The notes beneath the pieces were generated by a model, which ran no database searches, was not told where the DNA came from, and was given only the letters and a program-made list of their open reading frames with translations. Shown here piece after piece: positions 25,990 to 35,546 of a DNA stretch of 64,000 nt (within the stretch, counting starts at the first letter, position 1; each line of letters begins with the position of its first letter). The position numbers and the translations under genes were made by a program. This DNA is from an uncultured Eubacteriales bacterium (GTDB taxonomy: Bacteria; Bacillota; Clostridia; Christensenellales; UBA1242), in NCBI GenBank assembly GCA_948787875.1, contig CAQFKO010000001.1, positions 31,545 through 95,544 on the forward strand, written 5' to 3'.

Positions 25990-28578
25990 TTATTTTACAT
26001 CTACATTTAATTCGTCGTTTTTGGCATCAACAACAAGGGTTGATTTTGGCTTGATATCAGAGCCAAGAATGGTTTTTGCCAAAAGCGTTTCTACATTCGC
26101 CTGTATAAATCTTTTGAGCGGCCTTGCACCGAAAGTAACATCATAACCACTTTCTATAATAAGATTTTTTGCCTTTTCGGAAACTTCCAATTTTAAGCCC
26201 TTTGCTTCTATTCTTGACCTTACGCTGTTAATTAAAAGATCCACTATATTTGAAATTTGGTCTTTTGAAAGTGGCTTGAACATTATTATTTCGTCTAGTC
26301 TGTTTAACAATTCTGGTCTGAATGTTGAACGAAGAAGTGCTTTTACCTCTGATTGTGCCTCGTTTGAAATTGAACCATCAACGCTTATTCCTTCCAAAAT
26401 AGAATTTGCTCCAAGGTTTGATGTTAAAATTATTATTGTGTTTTTAAAATCTACAACTCTGCCTTGACTGTCGGTAATTCTGCCGTCATCAAGCATTTGA
26501 AGCAAAATATTAAAAACATCTGGGTGTGCCTTTTCTATCTCGTCAAAAAGCACAACGCTGTATGGTCTTCTGCGAACCGCCTCAGTAAGTTCCCCTCCCT
26601 CGTCATAACCAACATAGCCCGGAGGAGCACCGATTAACCTTGAAACAGAAAACTTTTCCATATATTCGCTCATATCGATTCTGACAATATTTTTTTCGTC
26701 ATCAAACAAGCTTTCTGCAAGAGCCTTAGACAGTTCGGTTTTTCCCACACCCGTAGGTCCAAGAAACAAGAACGACCCGATTGGTCTGTTTGGGTCTGCA
26801 ATTCCCGCGCGCGACCTTAAAATTGCATCTGCCACTTTTTTAACCGCTTCGTCTTGACCAATAACTCTTTTATGCAAAATATCTGCCAAATGAACAAGTT
26901 TGTCTTTTTCACTTTCATTTAATTTTGAAACAGGAACTCCCGTCCACCTAGACACTATTTTTGCAATTTCCTCATCGGTAACCTTGTTTCTTAACAAATT
27001 ATTTGTCTTTGATTTTTCAAATGTTTTTTCTGCTTCTTCCAAATTTCTTACAAGTTCGGGAAGCGTGCCATATTGAAGTTCTGCCGCTTTGCTTAAATTA
27101 TACTCTTTTTTTGCGCGCTCAATATCAGCTTTTGTTTGCTCTAATTGTTCTTTTATCTTGCTTATGCTTTCTATTGATTTTTTTTCAGCAAGCCATTTTG
27201 CAGTCATGGCATCATACTTTTCTTTTAAACCCGAAAGTTCTGTTTGAATTTTGTTTAGCCTTGCTTTTGAAATCTCGTCATTCTCTTTTTTTAAACCGGC
27301 CTCTTCAATTTGAAGTTGAATTATTTTTCTGTTAATCTCGTCCATTTCGGTAGGCATACTGTCTAGCTCGGTTTTTATACTAGCACACGCTTCGTCCACA
27401 AGATCAATAGCTTTGTCAGGCAAAAACCTATCGGTTATGTATCTATTTGAAAGCATTGCCGCAGAAACCAAAGCACTGTCGGAAATTTTTACACCATGAA
27501 AAACTTCGTATCTTTCTTTTATTCCGCGAAGAATTGCTATTGTGTCTTCCACTGTTGGTTCGCTAACCATAACAGGCTGAAATCTTCGTTCAAGAGCAGG
27601 GTCTTTTTCAATATATTTTCTGTATTCGTCAAGAGTTGTTGCACCAATGCAATGAAGTTCTCCACGGGCAAGAAGTGGCTTTAAAATATTTCCTGCGTCC
27701 ATTGCCCCGTCGGTCTTTCCCGCACCCACAATTAAGTGAAGTTCATCAATAAAAAGAATAATTTTGCCTTCGCTCTTTTTTACCTCTGTTAAAACAGCCT
27801 TTAATCTTTCTTCAAATTCGCCCCTGTATTTTGCACCTGCAACAAGGCTTCCCATATCAAGCGAAAAAATCTCTCTGTCTTTCAGCGCAGAAGGAACATC
27901 TCCTTTATTTATTCGAATCGCAAGCCCTTCGGCAATGGCAGTCTTTCCAACACCCGCCTCACCAATCAAAACAGGATTGTTTTTGGTTTTTCGCGATAAA
28001 ATTCTGATAACATTTCTGATTTCGTCATCACGTCCAATAACGGGGTCTAGTTTGTTTGCCCTTGCCAACGCAACAAGGCTTGAACCATATTTTTTTAACA
28101 CATTGTAAGTATCTTCGGGATTTTCACTCGTTACTCTTTGGCTTCCACGAATATTTTTAAGCGCTTTTAAAACCTCCGCTCTGCCAATTTTGTATTTTGA
28201 CAAAATTGATTGCATCTCTCTGTTTGCCCTGGAAATCAAGCCAAGTAGCAAATGCTCAACGGAAACAAATTCGTCACCCATTTCTTTTGACTGCTTCTCT
28301 GCCTCTGACAGTGCATTATTAAGGGCGTTAGACATATAAACTTGCGACTGCCCCGAAACCCTTGCCAATCTGTTAACCGAATTTTCCGCTTCTTTTTTTA
28401 AGTCAGAAACATTGATTCCCATAGAAGCAAGCATTTCATATATAAGCCCATCTTGCTTGTTTAGCATAGACAAAAGCATATGCTCTTGTTCAAGTTCGCT
28501 ATTTGCACGCTCTTTTGCCAAGCTTTGTGCTTCTTCTATTATTGCAAGAGAGTTTTTTGTAAATTTTTGAAAGTCCAT
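25990..28578 (-). CDS. clpB: ATP-dependent chaperone ClpB
   Basis: Two AAA+ modules (GEAGVGKT, GPTGVGKT), a long coiled-coil M-domain and an N-terminus MDFQKFTKNS. GGAGGA SD before ATG 28578. The ORF-track start 28620 lies directly downstream of the -10 box, so it was rejected. Confidence 0.95.
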   Translation of the reverse strand: MDFQKFTKNSLAIIEEAQSLAKERANSELEQEHMLLSMLNKQDGLIYEMLASMGINVSDLKKEAENSVNRLARVSGQSQVYMSNALNNALSEAEKQSKEMGDEFVSVEHLLLGLISRANREMQSILSKYKIGRAEVLKALKNIRGSQRVTSENPEDTYNVLKKYGSSLVALARANKLDPVIGRDDEIRNVIRILSRKTKNNPVLIGEAGVGKTAIAEGLAIRINKGDVPSALKDREIFSLDMGSLVAGAKYRGEFEERLKAVLTEVKKSEGKIILFIDELHLIVGAGKTDGAMDAGNILKPLLARGELHCIGATTLDEYRKYIEKDPALERRFQPVMVSEPTVEDTIAILRGIKERYEVFHGVKISDSALVSAAMLSNRYITDRFLPDKAIDLVDEACASIKTELDSMPTEMDEINRKIIQLQIEEAGLKKENDEISKARLNKIQTELSGLKEKYDAMTAKWLAEKKSIESISKIKEQLEQTKADIERAKKEYNLSKAAELQYGTLPELVRNLEEAEKTFEKSKTNNLLRNKVTDEEIAKIVSRWTGVPVSKLNESEKDKLVHLADILHKRVIGQDEAVKKVADAILRSRAGIADPNRPIGSFLFLGPTGVGKTELSKALAESLFDDEKNIVRIDMSEYMEKFSVSRLIGAPPGYVGYDEGGELTEAVRRRPYSVVLFDEIEKAHPDVFNILLQMLDDGRITDSQGRVVDFKNTIIILTSNLGANSILEGISVDGSISNEAQSEVKALLRSTFRPELLNRLDEIIMFKPLSKDQISNIVDLLINSVRSRIEAKGLKLEVSEKAKNLIIESGYDVTFGARPLKRFIQANVETLLAKTILGSDIKPKSTLVVDAKNDELNVDVK

Positions 28579-28631
28579 AAATCTTCCTCCAAAACAAAAA
28601 TACTTTTTAATTATTCTCAAAAAGTAAGTTT

Positions 28632-28660
28632 ATTATACCACCTCAATTTAGCACTGTCAA
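28632..28660 (-). promoter_or_regulatory. clpB promoter, perfect TTGACA-17-TATAAT
   Basis: Minus strand reads TTGACA (28660-28655), 17 nt, TATAAT (28637-28632). Confidence 0.75.
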
Positions 28661-28674
28661 GCAAAGAGTGCTAA
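28648..28674. promoter_or_regulatory. CIRCE element (HrcA operator)
   Basis: On the clpB sense strand: TTAGCACTC-N9-CAGTGCTAA. This is 17/18 matches to the consensus TTAGCACTC-N9-GAGTGCTAA. It overlaps the -35 box. Confidence 0.8.
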
Positions 28675-28682
28675 ATATTTTC

Positions 28683-28712
28683 AAAAATAAAAAACCGACA
28701 CTTTGTCGGCTT
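28683..28712 (-). terminator. rho-independent terminator after the COG0523 gene
   Basis: Minus strand GCCGACA-aag-TGTCGGT followed by TTTTTTATTTTT. Confidence 0.7.
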
Positions 28713-28725
28713 TTATATATTTATA

Positions 28726-29991
28726 TTAATTATCCAAACACTTATCAAGTTCTTCGATAATTTGTTGTTTGTTCATATCCTTTCCGATAAACACAAGTTT
28801 AACCATGCGGTCACCCACTTTTTCGTCCCAATCTTTTTTGATATCTGGGTTTTCTGCAATAAACTGCTTTTTTTCCTCTTCCGGAATAGCATCTATCCAA
28901 TAGTCTGCTCTAAACGAACTTTTTTGAGGACCTGCTTGTTCAAAAATATACATATTTTCATTGTCGTTAGAATACCAAACAATTCCCTTTGAACGAATAA
29001 TGCTCTTTGGCATAGCATCAACAAATCTTTTGAACTTACTTTTCACAAGTGGCTTTCTTCTGAAATATACAAAAGAGCCAATGCCGTATTCTTCGGTTTC
29101 CGGTCCATGATGGTGGTGATGGTGATGCCCATGGTGTTCATGCTCTTCGTGCTCATGTTCTTCATGGTCGTGGTGATGGTCATGTTCCTCATGGTCGTGC
29201 TCTTCATGGTTGTGGTGATGGTCATGTTCCTCATGGTCGTGTTCTTCATGCTCTTCTTCATGACTTGCTTCAAGTTCTTTTAACCAGCCCGCAGACATAC
29301 AAGCCTTATCAAAATCAAAGCTGTTTGTTCCGATAATCTTTTCTACTTCGACCTTTCCAAACTCAGCCTCAATAATTTCTGCCTCGGGTTGAAGCTTTTT
29401 TATTACCGCCTTTACTCTCGCAAGTTCGTCAGCGGAAACTTGGTCAACTTTGTTCATAATAATTTTGTTGCAAAACTCTATTTGTTGAATTATTAAATTT
29501 TCGATATCTTCGTCTTCAATATGTTCTTCAAGAAGATTATCTCCGCAACCAAACTCTTTTGCCAAACGCAAAGTATCTACCACAGAAACAACATTATCGA
29601 GCCTGCAAATGCTTGGAAGGTTGTATTCACGGCTTGCATCAGAAACAACGGTAATTGACTGAACAATAGGAATAGGTTCACATATTCCCGAAGCTTCGAT
29701 TAAAATATAATCGAATTTGTTTGAAGCAACAAGTTCGGCAATTTGAGCCATAAGATCTTCTTTTAAAGTGCAACAAATGCAACCGTTTTGAAGTGGAACA
29801 AGACTATCGTCTTTTTGCGAAACAATATTTTCTGCGCCAATTAAACTTGCATCAATATTTACCTCACCGATATCGTTAACAATTACCGCAACTTTATAAT
29901 TTTGTTTGTTGTTTAAAACATGATTAAGCAGTGTTGTTTTTCCTGCCCCAAGATAGCCCGTTAAAAGCGTAATTGGAATAATTTTTTTCAT
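28726..29991 (-). CDS. COG0523 (CobW/ZigA/YciC-type) G3E GTPase metallochaperone with His-rich insert
   Basis: GYLGAGKTTLLNHVL (P-loop), the GCICCTL metal motif and a ~50-aa His/Glu/Asp stretch. ATG at 29991 preceded by GGGGGA. The track's TTG start at 30003 lies within that SD. Confidence 0.85.
   Translation of the reverse strand: MKKIIPITLLTGYLGAGKTTLLNHVLNNKQNYKVAVIVNDIGEVNIDASLIGAENIVSQKDDSLVPLQNGCICCTLKEDLMAQIAELVASNKFDYILIEASGICEPIPIVQSITVVSDASREYNLPSICRLDNVVSVVDTLRLAKEFGCGDNLLEEHIEDEDIENLIIQQIEFCNKIIMNKVDQVSADELARVKAVIKKLQPEAEIIEAEFGKVEVEKIIGTNSFDFDKACMSAGWLKELEASHEEEHEEHDHEEHDHHHNHEEHDHEEHDHHHDHEEHEHEEHEHHGHHHHHHHGPETEEYGIGSFVYFRRKPLVKSKFKRFVDAMPKSIIRSKGIVWYSNDNENMYIFEQAGPQKSSFRADYWIDAIPEEEKKQFIAENPDIKKDWDEKVGDRMVKLVFIGKDMNKQQIIEELDKCLDN
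29161..29244. repeat. 42-bp tandem duplication (2 copies, 40/42 identical) in His-rich coding region
   Basis: 29161-29202 versus 29203-29244 differ at 2 positions. Each copy encodes a 14-residue His/Glu/Asp-rich block. Confidence 0.85.
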
Positions 29992-30097
29992 AATTTCCCC
30001 CAAAAATATAATTTGAATTTTCTTTTATATTATAGTCCAAAATTTTTAAAAACCAAATCTTTTTAATCAAATTTAAACAAAATAAAAATTTTGATTA

Positions 30098-30126
30098 TTG
30101 ACAAACAAAAATTTTAATTATATAAT
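30098..30126 (+). promoter_or_regulatory. promoter, perfect TTGACA-17-TATAAT
   Basis: TTGACA at 30098-30103, 17 nt, TATAAT at 30121-30126, upstream of the 83-aa gene. Confidence 0.7.
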
Positions 30127-30152
30127 TCAAACAACAAATTGAGGAAAAGTTT

Positions 30153-30404
30153 ATGCAAATTAAAGATAAAAAAAGAGCCATAAAAATGGTTTTAAAAGAC
30201 GGAATAAAAATCAAATATTTGTCTGACGAACTTAAAAATGATTTAGAAATTGCTATACTTGCAATATCTCAAAATCCGAATGCTTTTTATTATTTGGGAG
30301 CAAAAATAAAAAAAGACCCCGCAGTTGCAGACTACCATTTAAATGCAAAAAATATGCTCAAATCTTGCGAAACAAATAATGGCTGTGAACCTTGCAATAA
30401 TTGA
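30153..30404 (+). CDS. small DUF4116-like repeat protein
   Basis: KDGIKIKYLSDELKNDLEIAILAISQNPNAFYYL resembles the DUF4116 repeat (...L.y.s.eLknD.e...~Av.qn..al.y). GAGGA SD. Confidence 0.45.
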   Translation: MQIKDKKRAIKMVLKDGIKIKYLSDELKNDLEIAILAISQNPNAFYYLGAKIKKDPAVADYHLNAKNMLKSCETNNGCEPCNN

Positions 30405-30469
30405 AAACTTTTTGTAATTTTGGTTATAAATGCCCAAAAAATAAGGTGTTATGTTAAACATAACACCTT

Positions 30470-30931
30470 TTATTTTGCATTGGTCTTTCTGCGTTTTCCG
30501 CTTAAAACTTTGTTTTCAAGTTTTTTGAGTTCTTCAACCGCACGAGCAAGAATTGTTGTTACCTTTTTTGTGTCTGTATCACAAACGGTATCAATATTAT
30601 CAAGCTTTTCTTGAAGCATTGTTTCACCCGCTTCGGTTATATTATAGAAAATCTCTCGCTTGTTGAGTTTGTCTTTGTGGCTTTCAATCAAACCGTCATT
30701 AATCATTTTTTTTGCAAGAATAGCAAGGTTGCTTTTTGCGATATTAAGCTCAGCAATCAGTTCTTTTGGTGTAACCTTCTCCTTTCTGGTTAAAATATAA
30801 AGAATCTGATATGTGTTGCTGAAAATACCCGCTTTTTCTCCTTTGCCCTCTGCAATTCTGTCTGAAATAAGCTTTAATTCAATAATGTTTTTTGAAAATA
30901 CATTGTTTTCATTTAAATTTGTCTGTTTCAT
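30470..30931 (-). CDS. MarR-family winged-helix regulator
   Basis: YQILYILTRKEKVTPKELIAELNIAKSNLAILAKKMINDGLIESHKDKLNKREIFYNITEAGE fits the MarR wHTH pattern. Confidence 0.65.
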   Translation of the reverse strand: MKQTNLNENNVFSKNIIELKLISDRIAEGKGEKAGIFSNTYQILYILTRKEKVTPKELIAELNIAKSNLAILAKKMINDGLIESHKDKLNKREIFYNITEAGETMLQEKLDNIDTVCDTDTKKVTTILARAVEELKKLENKVLSGKRRKTNAK

Positions 30932-30938
30932 AGCATTA

Positions 30939-30966
30939 ATTATAAATATATAACACTTTTTGTCAA
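30939..30966 (-). promoter_or_regulatory. promoter TTGACA-16-TATAAT, 7 nt before the ATG (leaderless geometry)
   Basis: Minus strand reads TTGACA (30966-30961), 16 nt, TATAAT (30944-30939), taatgct, then ATG at 30931. Confidence 0.55.
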
Positions 30967-30997
30967 CCCTATTTTAAAAAAAAATTATGATTTCATA

Positions 30998-31804
30998 TCA
31001 AAAATTTCTTTTCTTTTGTGATTTTGCCCAAATCTTGCCCACTCTTTTAGCCAAAAACGATTTTGAAAAAGGTTTGCTGACAAAAATCAAAAACTTATTA
31101 AATGCTCCGGGAATAACCACCTTTTTGTGCTTCTTTAAACCCTTTAACGCCACCCTTGCAACCTTGTCGGCAGAAGTTGCAGAAAGTTTTCCGCCAAGCC
31201 CCATTGACTTGATTGATTCTTTCATTGCCTCGGTTGTTGCAATGCCTCCCGGACAAACTGTTGAAAAGATAACATTTTTGCCTTTTAGCTCAAACGATAA
31301 TGCCGTCATCATGCTTACCAAAAAAGCTTTGGTTGCCGCATATACCGCCATGTGAGGCATTGGATAACTTGAAGCCGCACTAGAAACCGTTAAAATCTCA
31401 AACAATTTGTTTTCTTCTCTGATTTTTAACAGTTTTTTTGTAATATCAACAGTTCCCACGCAGTTCACTTCAATTGCATTTATTATTTCGTCATCGGAAA
31501 AGCGAAGCATATCACCCTCAATAATAACGCCTGCATTGTTAATCAATTTTGAAACTTTTATATTATTGCTTTCTATAAACGAAATTAACTCTTCTCTGTT
31601 GTTTTTGTCTGCAAGATTTAAAACAAAAGTTTCAATTTGTATGTCGGCAAATTCGTTTTTTAATTTTTGCTTTAAATTCTCTAATCTGGCACTGTTTGTT
31701 CCCGTTAATAACAAATTCTCTTTATTCTTTGCACACTCATATGTAAAAGCATTGCCTAAACCTCCGCAGGCTCCTGTAATCAGTGTATAATATTTATTTT
31801 CCAT
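30998..31804 (-). CDS. SDR-family oxidoreductase
   Basis: TGACGGLG cofactor motif, NNAG and YAATKAF catalytic motif. Confidence 0.85.
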   Translation of the reverse strand: MENKYYTLITGACGGLGNAFTYECAKNKENLLLTGTNSARLENLKQKLKNEFADIQIETFVLNLADKNNREELISFIESNNIKVSKLINNAGVIIEGDMLRFSDDEIINAIEVNCVGTVDITKKLLKIREENKLFEILTVSSAASSYPMPHMAVYAATKAFLVSMMTALSFELKGKNVIFSTVCPGGIATTEAMKESIKSMGLGGKLSATSADKVARVALKGLKKHKKVVIPGAFNKFLIFVSKPFSKSFLAKRVGKIWAKSQKKRNF

Positions 31805-31813
31805 TCATTTCTC

Positions 31814-33235
31814 CTAAATTCTAAGTGCTTTTGGTAACAAATTTTTAAGTTTTCCATCAGCAAGTTTTGCTCCGCCAAGCGGATAATTATTGAAAGTGAT
31901 AGCAACATAGCCCTTTTGCTTCAAGTCGCAAGCAAGTTGCTCGCCATGCATAAATTTGTTTGCTTCTTCTTCACTTATGTTTACGGCAAGCAAAAACTCG
32001 TTATACAAAGCCATAAAAATTGCATGGTCGGGCTCAAATCTTCCCTTTTCAAAATGCCCAAGTTTTGTGCCAAGCGATTCAAATTTCAGTTCGTCGAGGG
32101 CAGTAATTTCTTTTGCACCAAGCCCGCTTGGTGAAAGATATAACACATTTCCCACTTTAAGCAAGTTGGATTTTAAAATTTTGTCAGCGGATTCGGGCTT
32201 TAAGTTTTGTTTTGCCCAAGTGGCAAAAATTTGTTTTTCACTTCTTCCTATTTCAAAAATGGTTTTTGTGTGCTTAACAGAATATAACTTGCTTTCCCTT
32301 TCAAACTCACTATCAAAATTTTTAAAAACCGCCACAAATTGCCCCTCACCTTTGCCTGTAAACGGCAAAAACTTTCTGGCTTTTTCGGACAACTTTTCAC
32401 TGAGCCTTGCCGAAATGGTACAATTTTTTATATTCTGATTTACATTTTGAAGTTCAAAATTGAAATTGTTTGCAAAATATTCAACAATTTGTTCGTCTTC
32501 TTCTTCGGAAAAAGTACAAGTGGAATATATAAGTTTGCCTCCTGCCTTAACAAGCCTTTGCGCAACCTCCAAAATTTGCATTTGTCTTTTTTTGCATAAT
32601 TCCACATTTAAGCTTGACCACTCTTTAATGGTGTCGGGATTTTTGCGAAACATTCCCTCTCCCGAACACGGAGCGTCAACAAAAACATAATCAAAATAAT
32701 TTTCAAATTTAAGCAATCTTTCGGGCTTTTCATTTAATATAATAACATTTTTAAAGCCCTGCCTTTCTATATTAGAATACAGTGCTTTTACTCTTGTACC
32801 ATCAATTTCATTAGAATAAATAAGTGCATTATTAAGATAATTTGCAATCTGTCCCGTTTTTCCTCCGGGAGCGGCACAAAGATCCAAAACTTTAACACAA
32901 TCATTATTTTCTTTTTCAATTTCGGAAGCACAAACTGCCAACATACTAGATGGCTCTTGCAAATAACACAGCCCTGAAAGGTGATAAAAACAATTGCCTA
33001 TTTTTTTATCGGAATTTAGCACATAGCCGTTTTTGCAATAATCTATTTTTTCTAACGGAAGTTGAGTTAGGTTTATAAAATCGTGTTCGCTGATTTTGTT
33101 TGTGTTTATTCTTATTCCGCGAACAGCCTCATTTTTTAATTCATTTAAAAAATTGCCAAAGTTTTCGCCAAGCTGAATTTTCATTCTTTCCAAAAATTCA
33201 TTCGGCAACATTATATTTTTAATTTCCATAGCCAA
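31814..33235 (-). CDS. RsmB/RsmF-family rRNA m5C methyltransferase
   Basis: DLCAAPGGKT, DAPCSGEG and YSTCT motifs. The likely true start is ATG at 33229 (leaderless geometry) rather than TTG at 33235. Confidence 0.8.
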   Translation of the reverse strand: MAMEIKNIMLPNEFLERMKIQLGENFGNFLNELKNEAVRGIRINTNKISEHDFINLTQLPLEKIDYCKNGYVLNSDKKIGNCFYHLSGLCYLQEPSSMLAVCASEIEKENNDCVKVLDLCAAPGGKTGQIANYLNNALIYSNEIDGTRVKALYSNIERQGFKNVIILNEKPERLLKFENYFDYVFVDAPCSGEGMFRKNPDTIKEWSSLNVELCKKRQMQILEVAQRLVKAGGKLIYSTCTFSEEEDEQIVEYFANNFNFELQNVNQNIKNCTISARLSEKLSEKARKFLPFTGKGEGQFVAVFKNFDSEFERESKLYSVKHTKTIFEIGRSEKQIFATWAKQNLKPESADKILKSNLLKVGNVLYLSPSGLGAKEITALDELKFESLGTKLGHFEKGRFEPDHAIFMALYNEFLLAVNISEEEANKFMHGEQLACDLKQKGYVAITFNNYPLGGAKLADGKLKNLLPKALRI

Positions 33236-33265
33236 AGTTTACACCATTTTAATATAATTTTTCAA
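33236..33265 (-). promoter_or_regulatory. promoter TTGAAA-18-TAAACT, 6 nt before ATG 33229
   Basis: Minus strand reads TTGAAA (33265-33260), 18 nt, TAAACT (33241-33236), ttggct, then ATG. Confidence 0.45.
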
Positions 33266-33409
33266 CCAAATTATTTAACAGTTAATAAATTATTTAAAAT
33301 ATAAAAAAATTTTTTATACATTGTAGACAAAATTTGATTAAAGTGATATACTTACCTAGTTACAAGGCTTATGTAATTTTTTTTTGCATAACTTTTTAGG
33401 AGTATATTT

Positions 33410-35248
33410 ATGGAAGAAAATAAAATTAGAAATATTGCAATTATTGCCCATGTTGACCATGGCAAAACCACTCTTGTTAATGCACTTTTAAAAGAAGGCG
33501 GTGTTTTCAGAGAAAATCAAGCCGTTCAAGACAGAGTTATGGACTCTAATGCCCTTGAACGCGAACGCGGAATAACCATTTTCAGTAAAAATGCCTCATT
33601 GTTTTATAATGATGTTAAAATCAATGTTGTAGACACCCCGGGTCACGCAGACTTTGGCGGCGAGGTAGAAAGAATTCTTAAAATGGTAGACGGCGTTTTG
33701 CTTGTTGTTGATGCTTATGAAGGAACAATGCCTCAAACAAGATTTGTTCTTGAAAAGGCTTTGGCACTTAATCACAAGGTTATTGTTGTTGTTAATAAAA
33801 TCGACCGCAAAGACGCAAGAGTAAAAGAAGTTATCGACGAAGTTTTAGACTTGCTTTTAGACCTTGACGCCAGCGAAGAGCAACTTGATTCACCATTTGT
33901 TTTCTGCTCAGCAAGACAAGGCATTTGCTCGCTTGATATGGATACTGTTGGAGTCGACATGAAACCGCTTTTAAACACAATTCTCAGTCATATTCCTGCA
34001 CCAACCGGCGATAAAGACAAACCTTTTAAAATGCTTGTATCTTCTTGCGAAGCCAATGACTATCTCGGAAAACTTGCCGTAGGAAAAATCGAACAAGGAA
34101 CTATCAAACTTAACGAATCCCTAAATATTGTTAACTTTCATGACGAAACAAGAAACAAAACTTTTAAAGTAACCAACCTTTTTGAGTTTCAAGGGCTAAA
34201 AAAAGCGCCTCTTGCTGAGGCAACCGCAGGCGACATTGTTTGTATTTCAGGTTCTGACGAAGTTACTATCGGCGACACAATAACAAATAATGCAGACCTT
34301 TCACCTATTCCGTTTGTTAAAATCAGCGAACCTTCAATTGAAATGGAGTTTTCTGTTAACGACTCACCTTTTGCAGGAACGGAAGGCAAGTTCTTTACTT
34401 CAAGACACCTTAGAGACAGACTTATGAAAGAAGCCGTTCGCGACCTTTCGCTCAAAGTGTTTGAAACCGAATCCGCAGACAGATTCAGAGTGCTTGGCCG
34501 TGGTGAAATGCACATTTCTATTTTGGTTGAAAATATGAGGCGTGAAGGCTATGAATTTCAAGTTTCAATGCCAAAAGTTATTTTAAGAGAAGAAAACGGC
34601 ATAACCTTGGAACCTTTTGATAATCTTACTATTGATGTTCCCGAAAATAGCGTTAGCACAATTATGGGTGCAATGGGCATAAGAAAGGGCGAACTTCAAA
34701 ATATGTCACCAAAAGGAAGCCGAATCAGGCTTGAATTCAAAATTCCTTCTCGTGGACTTTTTGGTTATAAATCTGAATTTTTGACTGCTACCAACGGTGA
34801 AGGCATTATGAGTTCGGTTTTTGCAGAGTATGCACCATATAAAGGCGCAATTATCACCAGAAACTTTGGTGCGCTTATTGCCTATGAAACAGGCGAATCC
34901 ATCGTTTACGGACTTTATAACACCCAAGAACGTGGCAGGCTTTTAATTGGTCCGGGTGTAAAGGTCTATGGCGGAATGGTTGTGGGCGTTAACCCAAAAG
35001 CCGAGGACATTGTTGTTAATGTTTGCAAAAAGAAGCAGCTTACCAACATTCGTTCAAGTTCATCAGACGAAGCTTTAAGACTTACACCTATAAAACCGCT
35101 TACCCTTGAAGAAAGCCTTGAATTTTTGGGTGAAGACGAACTTTTGGAAGTTACACCTGAAAACCTTAGAATAAGAAAGAAAACCCTTGACCACACTATT
35201 CGCGGAAGAGAAAGTTTCAAAAAAAAACAAGAGCTTAACAACAAATAG
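33410..35248 (+). CDS. typA: translational GTPase TypA/BipA
   Basis: IRNIAIIAHVDHGKTTL, DTPGHADFGGEVER and NKIDR motifs. 612 aa. Confidence 0.95.
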   Translation: MEENKIRNIAIIAHVDHGKTTLVNALLKEGGVFRENQAVQDRVMDSNALERERGITIFSKNASLFYNDVKINVVDTPGHADFGGEVERILKMVDGVLLVVDAYEGTMPQTRFVLEKALALNHKVIVVVNKIDRKDARVKEVIDEVLDLLLDLDASEEQLDSPFVFCSARQGICSLDMDTVGVDMKPLLNTILSHIPAPTGDKDKPFKMLVSSCEANDYLGKLAVGKIEQGTIKLNESLNIVNFHDETRNKTFKVTNLFEFQGLKKAPLAEATAGDIVCISGSDEVTIGDTITNNADLSPIPFVKISEPSIEMEFSVNDSPFAGTEGKFFTSRHLRDRLMKEAVRDLSLKVFETESADRFRVLGRGEMHISILVENMRREGYEFQVSMPKVILREENGITLEPFDNLTIDVPENSVSTIMGAMGIRKGELQNMSPKGSRIRLEFKIPSRGLFGYKSEFLTATNGEGIMSSVFAEYAPYKGAIITRNFGALIAYETGESIVYGLYNTQERGRLLIGPGVKVYGGMVVGVNPKAEDIVVNVCKKKQLTNIRSSSSDEALRLTPIKPLTLEESLEFLGEDELLEVTPENLRIRKKTLDHTIRGRESFKKKQELNNK

Positions 35249-35266
35249 TTTTTTGGAGGATTTTTA

Positions 35267-35530
35267 ATGAGCGGACTATCAGCACAATGTATAAACCCAC
35301 ATGGATTGAGAGCAAACGTCATAAAATCTTGGGGAAATAATTTTCCAGACGAATTTGACATAAAAATTGCTGACTGCAAAAAAGAACGAGACAGGCTTTT
35401 GGCAAAAACCACTGATTTTAATGAAAAAGAAAGATTAATAAAAATTTACAATAAGCGTATAGAATTATTTAAGCAAAAGCAAAGTAAAAAATATGGCAAA
35501 GACTCTAATGAGTCACAGCCAAGCTTATAA
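35267..35530 (+). CDS. hypothetical protein (87 aa)
   Basis: GGAGGA SD. Basic helical C-terminus. No family recognised. Confidence 0.5.
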   Translation: MSGLSAQCINPHGLRANVIKSWGNNFPDEFDIKIADCKKERDRLLAKTTDFNEKERLIKIYNKRIELFKQKQSKKYGKDSNESQPSL

Positions 35531-35546
35531 ATACTAAGGAGAATTT

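Noticed and set aside
28579-28620. 14-codon N-terminal extension of clpB in the ORF track; likewise serS 40234-40260, addA 47446-47598, the PrsA-like gene 12188-12253 and the ART-like gene 37338-37382
   Set aside because: The extensions cover promoter hexamers, or the coding region of the upstream gene, and lack an SD. Downstream starts have a consensus SD or leaderless geometry and match family N-termini.
29043-29273. The periodic His-codon repeats might be a CRISPR-like or satellite array; a 76-aa alternative-frame ORF lies here
   Set aside because: The repeats are in frame within the COG0523 gene and encode the His-rich loop. There are no spacers and no cas genes. The other ORF is a frame artefact of the repeat.
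30064-30097. TAATCAAA-N18-TTTGATTA inverted repeat between the COG0523 gene and the DUF4116-like gene, considered as a Zur box
   Set aside because: It does not resemble the Zur/Fur-family consensus (a 7-1-7 palindrome around TCGTAAT/ATTACGA). The spacing is too wide for a typical dimer operator.
33369-33392. TTACA...TGTAA hairpin plus T9 in the typA leader, considered as an attenuator
   Set aside because: The stem is only 5 AT-rich base pairs. No competing structure or leader peptide was seen.
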